Below are positions 29,801-39,628 of a DNA stretch of 64,000 nucleotides, piece after piece; position 1 is the first letter of the stretch; each line of letters starts with the position of its first letter. Origin of the DNA: an uncultured Acidobacteriota bacterium (GTDB lineage Bacteria; Acidobacteriota; Thermoanaerobaculia; Gp7-AA8); contig CAWGHO010000003.1 in assembly GCA_963822445.1 (NCBI GenBank), forward strand, positions 672,001 through 736,000, written 5' to 3'. Under the pieces are notes generated by a model. It was not told the origin of the DNA and did not search any database. It was given only the letters and a program-made list of their open reading frames with translations. The translations under genes and the position numbers were made by a program.

Positions 29801-32800
29801 CCATCACCTTCAGCGCCGATCTCGCCTCGACAGTCCCGCCGGGTCTGTATCAGAACGAGGTCCTGACCTACGGCAGCATCCCCGCGCTCTACTTCGACTA
29901 CCTCGGCACGACCCAGGAAGACGTGCAGGTCTGCGTGCCTCCGCCGATCGTCTCCGCGCCTCCGGCCTGCGGCAGCTCGGCCGGAAACGTGGCCTCGATC
30001 CTCAATCAGCCGGGATCGACAGTGACCTGGTCGATCACCAACGGCAACGGCACGATCACCACCGCCTCGACCGGCACCATCCACCAGGTGGCCCTCGGCA
30101 GCGGCGGCTCCGGCTACTCCATCGCTCCGGCGGTCTCCTTCACCGGCGGCGGAGGAACGGGTGCGGCCGCGATCGCGACAGTCTCCGGTGGCGTGATCAC
30201 CGCCATCACCATCACCAACCCCGGCAGCGGCTACACCTCCGTGCCGACGGTGGTCATCACCCCGAACGGCAGCGGTTCCGGCGCGACCGCGGCCGCGGTT
30301 CTCGGCACGGGCATCATCTACACCGCCGGTGCGAGCGGCACGGTCAACCTCCAGGTCACCGTGACCCGCGAGTTCAGCAACGACATCCCGGCCTGCAACG
30401 TCGTCTCGAACGAGTCCGTCGCGATCGATCCCTCACCGGCGATCACCGTCGCGCCGGGCGACATCACCGTCTGCCCGAACACCCTGGCGACGTTCACCGT
30501 CACCGCCACCAACGCCACCGCGTATCAGTGGCAGGTCTCGACGAACGGCGGCGGCATCTGGAACAACGTCGTCGGTGCGACTGCTTCGACGTACGCCTTC
30601 ACGGCCACGCTCGCCGAGAACGGCAACCTCTATCGCGTCATCGCCAGCCGCGGCCCGTCCTGCACCATCACCTCCGCGCCGGCGCTGCTCACCGTCTCCT
30701 GCGGACCGGACCTCGCGGTCATCCTCAACGCCGACACGCCCGACCCGGTCATCGCCGGCGAGAACATCACCTACAACCAGCAGGTCCGCAACATCAGCCC
30801 GACCGCGGCCACCGCTCCGAGCTTCACCCAGACCACCCCGGCCGGAACGACGTTCGTCTCCATGACCCCGCCCGCCGGCTGGAGCTGCACCACGCCCGCG
30901 GTCGGCGCGACCGGCGCGATCACCTGCACCGCGGACGCGAACACGCTCGCCGCGAACACGACCACCGGCAACTTCGTGCTCGTCCTCGCCACCAGCGGAA
31001 CGCTCGCCCACGGCGCGACCATCGCCCTTCCGGCGAGCGTTTCCATGCAGGAAGTCGATCCCTCGCCGAGCAACAACACCCTCACCGCGAACACCGGCGT
31101 GATCCGCCGCGTCGACAACGCCGTCGTGAAGACGAACAGCTCGAACGCCCCGCCGTACGGCCCCGGCTATCTCTACAGCCCGCCGTCGCAGCCGGTTCCG
31201 CTGCACTGGACGATCGTCGTCACGAACAACGGCCCGTCGCGCGCCGAGAACACGACCGTCACCGACACGCTCCCCGCGGAGTTCGTCTACGACCACACCA
31301 ATGCTCCCGCGACCTCGACGCAGGGCAGCTGCGCTTACAACTCCGGCACGCGCGTGCTCACCTGCACCATCGGCACGCTGAACAACGGCGACACGGCGAC
31401 GATCACCGTCCCCGGCTTCGTCGACGGCGCGTACGACGACTTCTCCAACACGGCCACGGTCACCCAGACCGAGACCGATCGCGATCTGTCGAACAACAGC
31501 TCCACGAGCAACATCATCCTGCTCGCCCCGACGGCGATCGAGATGCTCGAGCTCGACGCCGTCCAGACGCCGAAGGGCGTGACCGTGCTCTGGCAGACGT
31601 CGCTCGAGACGGACAACATCGGCTTCAACGTCTACCGCAGCGCGGCCGGCGGCCCGATGGAGCAGGTCAACGAGCACCTCATCCACGGCTCCGCGCTGGT
31701 GAAGGGCCGCGGCCACAACGGCCGCAACTACCGCTTCAAGGACATCAAGGTTCCCGCGGGCTTCGTGCAGTACTACGTCGAAGACATCGACATCCACGGC
31801 GTCACGACCATGCACGGGCCGGTCACGCCGCGCATCGGTGAGGACGACGAAGCTGCCGGCTCGCCGACTGATCCCGATCCGGGCATCGGCTCGACGGGCG
31901 GCGTGATCGAGACGGGCAAAGGCATGGGCGTTCCGTTCGCCGAGAAGACCATGCCGGTCGATCAGCGCATGAACCAGCAGTGGCACATCGTCTCCGGCGC
32001 GACTTCGGCGAAGCTCGTCGTCGCCCAGACCGGCTGGGTGCGCGTCACCAAGCAGCAGCTCGTCGCCGCCGGCTGGGATCCGGGCACGAACAGCAAGGCC
32101 ATCTCCGTCTTCGTCGACGGCATGGAGATCCCTGTCGAGATCCGGCAGGCCAATCCGAACCGCTTCGACGCGAACGACACCATCGAGTTCTTCGGCTCGG
32201 GCATGGACACCGCCACCAGCGGCGCCCGCATCTACTTCGTCACCCTCGGCAAGGGCAAAGGCCTGCGCCTGAAGTCGAACAGCGGCGCGAAGAAGGGGAG
32301 CGCGGCACCGGCCAGCTTCCGCTACACCTATTCGCGCAAGACCCGCACGGTCTTCTTCAGCTCCCTCACCAACAACGGCGACCGCGACAACTTCTTCGGC
32401 GCCATCGTCAACACCAAGGTCTCCACCGACTCGGTCTACGTCGAGAACCTCGACCCGGCAGGCGCGCCCGCGGAGCTCGAGATCGTCCTGCAGGGCGGCA
32501 TGGAGAAGTGGAATCACGTCGTCTCCGTGAAGCTCAACGGCAACGAGCTCGGCCCGGTGCGCTTCTATGGACTCGATCGCCACGTCTTCAAGACCACCGT
32601 TCCGCTGACGATGCTCGTCGCCGGCAAGAACACCCTGACGTTCAAAGCGACGAATACGTCGAATGACATCAGCGTGGTCGAGGCGGTCAGCATCAACTAC
32701 CCGCATCTCTATCGCGCCGACAACGACGCGCTGGCCTTCACCGCGCCGAGCGGCTCGGAAGTCGTGGTCGGTGGACTTACGACCGACGCGGTGAGCGCTG

Positions 32801-34005
32801 TTGACGTCACCGACGCGCTCGATCCGATCCGTCTCGAGGTGAAAACGGTTGCCGGCAACGCCACGGTCGTCGTCCCCGACGGTCAGCAGCGCACGGTCCT
32901 CGTCTACGCCGACTCGCGCGTTTCGGCGCCGGGTCAGGTCGTGCTCAATCAGGCCTCGACCTGGAACGACGCGAAGAACCGCGCGAACCTGGTGATCATC
33001 ACCAACCGCGCCTTCCTCGACCAGGCCACGACGCTCAAGGCCGCACGCGAGGGCGCTGGAATCGCAACGGCCGTCGTCGACGTGCAGAACCTCTACGACG
33101 AGTTCTCGTTCGGACATCACGGCCCGCAGCCGATGCGCGACTTCCTGAAGCGCGCCCAGGGCTGGGCCCTCGCGCCGAAGTACGCGATCCTCCTCGGCGA
33201 CGCGAGCTTCGACCCCCGCAATTACCTCGGCACCGGCAACTTCGACTTCGTGCCGACGAAGCTCATCGCCACCGACTGGATGAAGACGTCTTCCGACGAC
33301 TGGTTCGCCGACTTCGACGACACCGGCATCCCGGCGATGGCCATCGGCCGCATCCCCGTGCGCACCGCGGCACACGCCGCGAACGTCGTCAACAAGCTCG
33401 TGCAGCGCGGAGTCGCGCCGCCGTCAGCAACATGGACCTCGACGATCAGCCTCGTCACCGATCGTCCGGACAAGAACGCGCCGTTCGACAAGAGCAGCGC
33501 GTACCTCCAACAGGCCGTGCCCTCGTCAATGACGATCGCGCCGGTCGACTACAGGAACTTCCCGAGCAACGCCGCGACCGCGACGGCCGTGAAGAACGCG
33601 TTCAACAACGGCAGCCTGGTGATGAACTACGTGGGCCACGGCTCGGTCGAGAACTGGAGCCGCAACGCCATGACCTCGGCCATCGTCCCCACGCTCACGA
33701 ACGGCACGAAGCTTCCCTTCGTGATGTCGATGAACTGCCTCAACGGCTACTTCCACGACCTCTACAGCAATAGCCTCGGCGAAGTGCTCCTGCGCCACGC
33801 CACCGGCGGTGCCATCGGCGTCTGGGCCTCGTCCGCAACGACCTCCGCCGATCAGCAGACGCTGATGAACGCCGAAGCCCTTCGCCAGATCTTCGCCGGC
33901 GCGACGATCGGCGAAGCCGTCCTGAAAGCCAAAGCCGCCACGACGGACAAAGACGTGCGCCGCACGTTCATCCTGATGGGCGACCCCACCATGCGCCTCA
34001 AGTAA
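23812..34005 (+). CDS. Giant secreted protein: DUF11/Ig-like repeats with C-terminal C25 (gingipain-family) cysteine peptidase
   Basis: Signal peptide; repeated K.......G....Y.I...N.G......V.D.LP.G units; YAILLGDASFDP, SDDWF, IGRIP, NYVGHGS (His), MNCLNG (Cys), LMGDP. Confidence 0.95.
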   Translation: MKSHSTAEVSVRLRFAVSVVILATLAFAGQAAAQVIPYWDNGNGSAINFDPAPWPSTPQWIAYTRTNDSINDQRTQDPSNGGTSPQAYVNVSSGCTDQALPSVYYYYDAARQVIFYRWRVENAPNNYATGPAPGAFSSTNPWQSAQWTVLFDTNGDGFRDFAAHLNGSTGSPSAPIDMMNAIWSPTLSNTLDYLGDPANVHLISSNPTAFIQGTSGNTNNQILQFNGSAVPTVVQWPNGSSETVWDYGTTRATDVSTSTCREYFVDYQIPLGMLDATAFGGPALTPDTPFSFMFATANSLQNPFQKDIVLNGDYTCNATAPAPFGDPLTLSGGIIEHPIATSVAVGSGSCASVPLSAQILDTLEVEECETVSTLSSATKFVYYYDINGDGLDNDGGVWTDVAAPATRDGTIVRANWDTSSLVQGQYLIAVELIDTATPVPHTTRTWLSSATPPIYTNFPTAGISPATLGVNYAKTIIAGACGALPPSMTKVASTANVQAGGAMSYTLTITNNAATPITLSTITDTLPAGFAYVSNDPGNPITPSSSPAPGATGTISWTFPGGTTVPGSGSQTFSFNVTAGSTPGSFFNTATAVTSAGTVSAADNTGITVQTAAMAVSKIAAFSSAPTTPITTVDRNAAFQYTVNYSNISDTITNGVVVTDTLPSGVTFVSAVPVPTSVAGSVLTWNIGNVAANSGPFTITINVTATTPGSQTNYVELTSTNAATESATATVLVSGPALTITKTATASAVSPPATVDYTITYSNVGDAAASITTVTDTVPAGFLLVTGAPTTAGCTQAGGIGTQVTCTVNASLAAGASQTRTLRFSVTTAAPDPSVNTATVNASNAASASANYSLGIFNNSCGTSTILGVPNVTGTAYFFDNVQTDVTTGTAEQVGYTRMTAIGAGYGVGTTVTFSAPPAGTTATGTAVINGGRVVGITLTNPGSGYTTAPTVTITGGGGAGATAQAFLTSTQYTTAFPTPAGAATTTPLTIVPTTPIELARFYSPVLSATDAMAITNINDGLAVVQLYIDKNGAPQVQARVTLYDFDPATLTSTQIGQGFSTIVNGNKNNEPHAVLNLNIAAGTVLPAGHRLLWTIEYISNNQENDITLRWDGAASPSLARICAAPIRPSITKTVDKATAIPGVDQLVYTITYSNPGGGAIPNVVISDPLPAGLTYVSASPAPTSAPAVGANGTVTWSLGTLAAGASGTLTLTVNTTNGMTASSVTNTATLTNNVTAPVSASATTQLRKPAVSISKRVNDAALAPGDTFAYTIDVVNAGNAPASSVVVTDFLPSFITSTNYTGTTNTVATVTMTAPGSGYTSTPTVSFSGGGGTGAAGTAIVSGNTVVGISITSGGTGYTSAPAILISGGGGAGATATATLAGVTVAGSTITFNVGSLAVGATATFVINAQVATSGIPAGDTTLTNTAQVVDSYNTTPRTSTADVIVSAAPVLTLTETATPSANRVVYVNVTAGGTYTDIPTVSFTGGGCTGVTGTVSVTGTPGNYTVTGVTITNPGSGCTSNPTVVFTGAGPGGATATPTVGPAPGDTITYVLTATNIGNATATGVVLFDEIPNYTNYLSGGTFSIDTVYSTATNVAPGASTQLTYTVTVGASLPKGQTSLVTNGGLTSTNTPPPAPVTTTVLTGAAPAYSIDKSPDDQLKPFPVATLTANAVATTTVTVASTRLVETGSYVVIGTTAAQVVSKTTTTITLDTAVTATSGTNVLQAIEYVLSYENDGNATGTNVVVSDVLPAGLAYGGIPTGATAPNSAPAIGASGTITWNIGTLVNGDSGIRRFLAYATIAGTYTNTATISDGNTLNTYNDSDSATATFGALDPQKTTSTPSIINQVPTNVATYTITVNNPLATPATSVHVIDNLSTGFTYRPGSTIINGVPSADPTSEYVAGIALTNGGSGYTSAPTVTISGGGGTGATAKATISGGVVTGIIITNPGSGFTSAPTVSFSGGAGAGAAATAFLSDNTTSPQWAGLTIPGGGTLTITFSADLASTVPPGLYQNEVLTYGSIPALYFDYLGTTQEDVQVCVPPPIVSAPPACGSSAGNVASILNQPGSTVTWSITNGNGTITTASTGTIHQVALGSGGSGYSIAPAVSFTGGGGTGAAAIATVSGGVITAITITNPGSGYTSVPTVVITPNGSGSGATAAAVLGTGIIYTAGASGTVNLQVTVTREFSNDIPACNVVSNESVAIDPSPAITVAPGDITVCPNTLATFTVTATNATAYQWQVSTNGGGIWNNVVGATASTYAFTATLAENGNLYRVIASRGPSCTITSAPALLTVSCGPDLAVILNADTPDPVIAGENITYNQQVRNISPTAATAPSFTQTTPAGTTFVSMTPPAGWSCTTPAVGATGAITCTADANTLAANTTTGNFVLVLATSGTLAHGATIALPASVSMQEVDPSPSNNTLTANTGVIRRVDNAVVKTNSSNAPPYGPGYLYSPPSQPVPLHWTIVVTNNGPSRAENTTVTDTLPAEFVYDHTNAPATSTQGSCAYNSGTRVLTCTIGTLNNGDTATITVPGFVDGAYDDFSNTATVTQTETDRDLSNNSSTSNIILLAPTAIEMLELDAVQTPKGVTVLWQTSLETDNIGFNVYRSAAGGPMEQVNEHLIHGSALVKGRGHNGRNYRFKDIKVPAGFVQYYVEDIDIHGVTTMHGPVTPRIGEDDEAAGSPTDPDPGIGSTGGVIETGKGMGVPFAEKTMPVDQRMNQQWHIVSGATSAKLVVAQTGWVRVTKQQLVAAGWDPGTNSKAISVFVDGMEIPVEIRQANPNRFDANDTIEFFGSGMDTATSGARIYFVTLGKGKGLRLKSNSGAKKGSAAPASFRYTYSRKTRTVFFSSLTNNGDRDNFFGAIVNTKVSTDSVYVENLDPAGAPAELEIVLQGGMEKWNHVVSVKLNGNELGPVRFYGLDRHVFKTTVPLTMLVAGKNTLTFKATNTSNDISVVEAVSINYPHLYRADNDALAFTAPSGSEVVVGGLTTDAVSAVDVTDALDPIRLEVKTVAGNATVVVPDGQQRTVLVYADSRVSAPGQVVLNQASTWNDAKNRANLVIITNRAFLDQATTLKAAREGAGIATAVVDVQNLYDEFSFGHHGPQPMRDFLKRAQGWALAPKYAILLGDASFDPRNYLGTGNFDFVPTKLIATDWMKTSSDDWFADFDDTGIPAMAIGRIPVRTAAHAANVVNKLVQRGVAPPSATWTSTISLVTDRPDKNAPFDKSSAYLQQAVPSSMTIAPVDYRNFPSNAATATAVKNAFNNGSLVMNYVGHGSVENWSRNAMTSAIVPTLTNGTKLPFVMSMNCLNGYFHDLYSNSLGEVLLRHATGGAIGVWASSATTSADQQTLMNAEALRQIFAGATIGEAVLKAKAATTDKDVRRTFILMGDPTMRLK

Positions 34006-34013
34006 CGCGAAGG

Positions 34014-34092
34014 GGAGCGGGCGTCCCGCCCGCCCCGCGCTCGCTGCCGGGCGGAGACGCCCGGCAGAAGGCGGCCGGGACGGCCGCCGTAC
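34014..34092. repeat. REP-like multi-hairpin element
   Basis: ggagcgggcgtcccgcccgc...gcggccgggacggccgccgtac. Confidence 0.8.
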
Positions 34093-34107
34093 GGTTAAAA
34101 TGCCAGC

Positions 34108-34278
34108 GTGGCCGAGCAGGAACAGCAGCGCGTACCAGTCAATCAGAAGCCGGGTACCGGCATTGATCGAACGGTCATTCGCGACCTTCTCGTGCTCACG
34201 CCCGCGCAGCGTCTCGAGTTGATGGTCCAATCAGCTCGCAATCTCGCCGACTTCCTCGCCAAGACGCGCAGGCCGTGA
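34108..34278 (+). CDS. Small 56-aa putative antitoxin/partner of the nucleotidyltransferase (not in ORF track)
   Basis: MAEQEQQRVPVNQKPGTGIDRTVIRDLLVLTPAQRLELMVQSARNLADFLAKTRRP; TAAAAT 6 nt upstream; GTGA overlap with next gene. Confidence 0.75.
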   Translation: MAEQEQQRVPVNQKPGTGIDRTVIRDLLVLTPAQRLELMVQSARNLADFLAKTRRP

Positions 34279-34775
34279 ACAGGCCTTTCGATCCGAACGC
34301 CATCCTCCGCGTTCTGGCGCGACATCAGGTTCGTTTCATCCTGATTGGAGGTTTGGCCGGTTCATCGCTTGGCTCACCCACGATCACCATCGACCTCGAT
34401 ATCTGCTACGACCGCGAGCGATCCAATTTCTCTCCGCTCGTTGCGGCACTTCGAGAACTCGAGGTCTCCCTTCGCGGCGCGCCCCCGGGGCTCCCGTTTC
34501 AACTCGATGAGCGAACGATCGAGCTGGGAGACTCGTTCACGTTCAACACGCCTTTCGGTCCGTTCGACTGTCTCGGCACGCCATCGGGCACGAACGGCTA
34601 TGCGGATCTGCGGAAAGCCGCGACCGAGCTCACCATCGACGCCGACACGCGCATCCTCGTCTGTTCCCTCGATGACCTCATGCGCATGAAGCGTGCGGCC
34701 AACCGTCCCAAGGACCGCATCGAGCTCGAGATCCTTGCCGCCGTCAAAGAAGAGCGCGAAAAGCTCGGGCTGTGA
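34275..34775 (+). CDS. Pol-beta superfamily nucleotidyltransferase (DUF6036/AbiEii-like)
   Basis: LIGGLAG...T.DLDI catalytic motif; C-terminal LDDLMRMKRAANRPKD. Confidence 0.88.
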   Translation: MNRPFDPNAILRVLARHQVRFILIGGLAGSSLGSPTITIDLDICYDRERSNFSPLVAALRELEVSLRGAPPGLPFQLDERTIELGDSFTFNTPFGPFDCLGTPSGTNGYADLRKAATELTIDADTRILVCSLDDLMRMKRAANRPKDRIELEILAAVKEEREKLGL

Positions 34776-34790
34776 GTACCATTCGCGCTC

Positions 34791-37700
34791 ATGACGCGAA
34801 AGACGCTGCTGCTCTTCCTCACGCTCTTCGCCTTCACCTCCCTCGCCGCGACGTTCGATCCCGCGCAGTACAAGGCCATGCAATGGCGCGAGGTCGGGCC
34901 GTATCGCGGCGGGCGCTCCGCGGCGGTCGAGGGGATCGCGTCGCAGCCCGAACGTCTACTACTTCGGAGCGACCGGCGGCGGGGTCTGGAAGACCGTCGA
35001 CGGCGGCGAGAGCTGGAAGCCGGTCTCCGACGGATTCTTCGGCGGCTCCATCGGCGCGGTCGCCGTCGCCGAATCCGATCCCAACGTCGTTTACGTCGGC
35101 ACCGGGGAGAAGACCGTGCGCGGCAACGTCTCCCACGGCGACGGCATGTGGAAGTCCCTCGATGCCGGGAAAACATGGAAGCACATCGGTCTCGCCGACT
35201 CGCGGCACATCCCGCGCGTCCGCGTTCATCCGCGCAATCCCGATCTCGTCTACGCCGCCGCCCTCGGCCATCTGTTCGGTCCCAATCAGCAGCGCGGCGT
35301 GTACCGCAGCAAAGACGGCGGCAAGACCTGGGAGCGCATCCTCTTCGTCAACGAAAACTCCGGCGCGATCGATCTCATCCTCGATCCCGCCAACCCGCGC
35401 GTCCTTTACGCGTCGACGTGGCGCGTGCGCCGCACGCCGTATTCACTGGAGAGCGGCGGCGAAGGCTCGGCGCTGTGGAAGTCGACCGACGGCGGCGACA
35501 CCTGGATCAATCTGTCGAAAAACAAAGGCCTGCCCAAAGCGCCGCTCGGCATCATCGGCGTCAGCGTCTCCGCGTCGAATCCGCAGAACGTCTACGCCAT
35601 CGTCGAAGCAGCGGAAGGCGGCGTGTTCCGCTCGCGCGACGGCGGCGAGACCTGGGAGAAAACCAACGACGATCGCAACCTTCGCCAGCGGGCCTGGTAC
35701 TACACCCGGATCTACGCCGACCCGAAAGAGGAGGACACCGTTTACGTCCTCAACGTCGCGCTTCCACAAATCGAAAGACGGCGGCAAGACCTTCACCACC
35801 ATCGCCACGCCGCACGGCGACAATCACGACCTCTGGATCGCGCCGAACGATCCGCAGCGCATGATCGAATCGAACGACGGCGGCGCGAACGTCACCACCG
35901 ACGGCGGCCGCACCTGGACTGCGCAGGACAACCAGCCCACCGCGCAGTTCTACCGCGTCTCCACCGACAACGCCTTCCCGTACCGGCTCCTCGGCGGACA
36001 GCAGGACAACAGCGCGGTGCGCATCCGCCATCGCTCCGGCGGCAGCGGCATCGGCTTCCGCGATTGGGAAGAAACCGCAGGCGGCGAGAGCGGCCACATC
36101 GTCGCCAAGCCCGACGATCCCGACGTCGTGTTCGGCGGCTCGTACGGCGGCTATCTGACCGTGGCCAACCATCGGACCGAGGAGTTCCGGGATGTGAATC
36201 CGTGGCCGGATAATCCGATGGGGCACGGCGCGGAAGGAGCGGTCGAGCGCTTCCAGTGGAACTTCCCCATCCTCTTTTCACCGCATGACGCCAACACGCG
36301 TCTACGCCGCGTCGCAGCATCTCTTCCGCTCCACCAATGGCGGCGGGAGCTGGGAGCGCATCAGCGGCGATCTGACTCGCAACGACAAGACGAAGATGGG
36401 GCCGTCCGGCGGTCCGATCACCAAAGACAACACCTCCGTCGAGTACTACGGAACGATCTTCGCCGTCGCCGAGTCCTCACTCGAAGAGGGGCTGATCTGG
36501 GCCGCGTCCGACGACGGATTGATTCACGTCTCCCGCGACAACGCGAAGACCTGGACGAACGTCACTCCGAAAGCTGCACCCGCCGCGATCATGTGGAACT
36601 CCGTCGATCCCGGCGTCTTTGACAAAGGCGTGGCTTACGTCGCCGGCACGCAATACAAGCTCGATGACTTCCGCCCGTATCTCTTCAAGACCACGGATTA
36701 CGGCGCGACCTGGACGAAGATCGACAAAGGCATCCCTACCGATCACTTCACCCGCGTCGTGCGATCCGACAAGCGCCGCAAAGGGCTGCTCTTCGCCGGA
36801 ACCGAGCGCGGGATGTACGTCTCCTTCGACGACGGCGCGAACTGGCAGTCGCTGCAGCTCAACCTGCCGATCGTTCCGATCACCGATCTCGCCGTGCGCG
36901 ACGACGATCTCCTCGCCGCGACGCAGGGCCGCGGCTTCTGGATCCTCGACGATCTGTCACCGTTGCAGCAGGAACCGAAATCGACACGCGTTCATCTGTT
37001 CGAGCCGCGCCCGTCATGGCGCACGGGCGGATCGACTCCCGAGCGCACGCCCGCGAAGCAGGGCAAGAATCCGCCGCAGGGCCTCGTCGTGAATTACTGG
37101 ATCGGCAAGGACGTCAAAGCCGGGACGCCGGTCAAGCTCGCCTTCCTGAACGCCGACGGCTCGGTCATCCGCGAGCTCGCGGGCGAGGTGAAGCCGGCGC
37201 CGGCGAAGGTTGAAGCCCGCGAACAGAAGGACGTCGTGAAGGAAGAACCGCCCGCCGACGAGCCGAAGACCATCGGCGTGAAGAGCGAGGGAGGGGAGGC
37301 CGAGGAGAAAGATCCGAAGGTCGAGAAAGAGAAAGAGAAGAACAAGCTGCCCGATGCCCAGTACGGCCTCAATCGATTCGCGTGGAACCTGCGCTATCCC
37401 GAGGCCGCGAAGTTCGAAGGGCTGGTGCTGTGGGGTGGGGGGACGGATGGTCCGCGCGTTCCGCCGGGCACGTACAGCGTTCGCCTCACCGTCGGCGAAG
37501 AATCGCAGACCACGACCGCGCAGTTGAAGCAGGACCCGCGCACGTCCGCGTCGCAGCAAGACCTGCAGGCGCAGTTCGATTTCCTGCTGGCCGCGAATCG
37601 CAAGCTCACCGAGATCCACGAACAGATCGAGCGCATCCGCGAGGTGCGCACACAGCTCGCCGGCATCCGCAAACGCGCCGGCAAGGACGAAGCCGCGAAA

Positions 37701-38009
37701 CCGCTCGTCGACGCGGCGAAAGACCTCGACAAGAAGATGACCGCGATCGAGGAAGCGCTCTACCAGACGAAGAATCGCAGCTCCCAGGACCCGCTCAATT
37801 TCCCGATCCGGCTCAACGACAAACTGGCCAGCGTGGCCGACTCCGCATCGTCGGGCGACGCGGCCCCAACTGCCCAGCAGCGAGCGGTTTACGCGCAGCT
37901 GGTGACTCAGATCGATGCCGAGCTGGCGAAGCTCCGCGAGCTCTGGGAAAAGGACCTCCCGGCACTCAACACCATGGTCAAAACCTCGGAGGTGCCGGCC
38001 ATCAAATAA
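34791..38009 (+). CDS. Secreted VPS10/BNR-repeat beta-propeller glycosyl hydrolase-like protein, broken by three +1 frameshifts
   Basis: WREVGPYRGGRS start and many S.DGG.TW Asp-box repeats continue across frames; one extra base near 34948, 35760 and 36298. Confidence 0.85.
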
Positions 38010-38032
38010 CTGTGTAGACTCTCCCGGTACCC

Positions 38033-39628
38033 ATGGGCCCGATCCTCGTTCTCCTCGCTCTCATCGCCGTCACCGACCCGCCGCCCGACAATCTGAAGGT
38101 CACGTTCGCCGCGCCGCCGGCGCCGTCGCGTGATCAGCCCGTGACTTGGCGGGTGAAGATCGAAAACATCTCGGGCGCCGAGCTCCCGCCGACGAAGATC
38201 TACTTCCGGTTCTATCCCGGACGCATCCAGTCGCTCGATCCAGAGCTTCCGTGCTCGCCGCAAACCGACGGCGGGTATAGCTGCGACTTTCCCACGTTCG
38301 AAGCAGGCGGCTCGAGAGAGTTCGTCGCCTCCGTGCAGCATCCGTTTCGCTACGGACGAACCTCGGCTTCCGTCGGCGCCTCCTATGTCTATGTCTACGG
38401 GATGCCCGAAAGCCACAGCAGTGTGGTGACCTACTGGCTGGATTTTCCCGTGACCACGAGCGCGGACGCCGGTCCTGGTTCGCTCCGCCAGACCATTCAC
38501 GACGTCAATTCCTCGCGGGATTGCCGCCTGGCCTGGCCGGAGTGGTCGAACCCTTGCCGGGTCGTGTTCGACATCGCCGATCCGCTTCCGTCAGAAGGTT
38601 GGTACACGATTCGGTTGCGCTCTCCTCTGCCTCCGATGCTGGCGTACGACATGGGGATCGACGGCACGACCCAGACCTCGAGCAGGCCCGGTCCGGCGAT
38701 CTTCATCGACGGCTCCTCGCTCCCCTCGGGTCACGGCCTCGTCGCCGACTCCGCGGGCATTGGTTCGCACGCGGAGATCCGTGGTCTGGCCATCGGCGGA
38801 TTCCCCGGCGACGGCATCCACGTCACCGTGCGATCCGAGGCTCTGGTCGAAGGTTGCTACGTCGGTGTCGATCCGACCGGATCGCGCGCGCATCCCAACG
38901 GCTTGCGCGGAATCTCCAGCGAGACCATGCGAGGTTGGATCAGCAACAACGTGATCAGCGGCAACCGTCGCAGCGGCGTGTTTTTCATGGGCCAGCCGAG
39001 TGTCGGTCCGCAGATCCGCGACAACCGGATCGGCGTTGCCGCGCACGACGACACTCCCATCGGCAACGGCGCGAGCGGCATTTTCATCGCCGACTTCTGG
39101 GGCGCGTACAACTACCCGAGCATCGCCGGCAACGTCATCGCCAACAACGCGGACTTCGGCGTCGCGCTCACGGCCAACGCACCGATGTTGATTCTCGCGA
39201 ACTCGATCAGGAACAACGGTCAGGGTGGAATCGACATCGGACTCGATGGTCCGACGCTGTCCGCCCCCGGCGTTCCGGGCGTGGAGCGTGGTGTCATTCC
39301 GGTGCCGGTGATTCAGTCCGCGATCTACAAGGACGGCGTGACGACGATCAAAGGCATCGCGGACGCGGGAAACAATCGACGCGAGGTTTATCTGTACGCG
39401 AATTCCACGCTCGAAGCGGACGGCTTCGCGGAAGGGGAGCAGTTCCTCGGCAAGACCTCGGTCACCCACCGCGAGAACACGGGCTTCACGTTCGAGTATC
39501 CGGGCGACCTGCGCGGCAAGTTCATCAACGGCAACGCCGTCGCGGTCACGTTCTGGGGCTGGGACGAGTACGCGTACACGAGCTCGGAGTTCGGACGGGC
39601 CGTGCCGGTTGAAGATGGTATGCGGTAG
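38033..39628 (+). CDS. Secreted DUF11-like plus right-handed parallel beta-helix protein
   Basis: VTTSADAGPGSLRQ, NVISGN...G, NRIGV, NSIRNN...GID, TSSEFG motifs. Confidence 0.88.
   Translation: MGPILVLLALIAVTDPPPDNLKVTFAAPPAPSRDQPVTWRVKIENISGAELPPTKIYFRFYPGRIQSLDPELPCSPQTDGGYSCDFPTFEAGGSREFVASVQHPFRYGRTSASVGASYVYVYGMPESHSSVVTYWLDFPVTTSADAGPGSLRQTIHDVNSSRDCRLAWPEWSNPCRVVFDIADPLPSEGWYTIRLRSPLPPMLAYDMGIDGTTQTSSRPGPAIFIDGSSLPSGHGLVADSAGIGSHAEIRGLAIGGFPGDGIHVTVRSEALVEGCYVGVDPTGSRAHPNGLRGISSETMRGWISNNVISGNRRSGVFFMGQPSVGPQIRDNRIGVAAHDDTPIGNGASGIFIADFWGAYNYPSIAGNVIANNADFGVALTANAPMLILANSIRNNGQGGIDIGLDGPTLSAPGVPGVERGVIPVPVIQSAIYKDGVTTIKGIADAGNNRREVYLYANSTLEADGFAEGEQFLGKTSVTHRENTGFTFEYPGDLRGKFINGNAVAVTFWGWDEYAYTSSEFGRAVPVEDGMR

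Noticed and set aside
25987-33375. Very long antisense ORFs (1365 and 980 aa) and similar overlapping ORFs elsewhere
   Set aside because: Shadow frames of GC-rich genes with Arg/Gly-rich, motif-free translations.
34791-38009. Programmed frameshifting or pseudogene in the VPS10/BNR gene
   Set aside because: Three single-base insertions with no slippery sites and otherwise intact coding; best explained as sequencing errors, pending read check.
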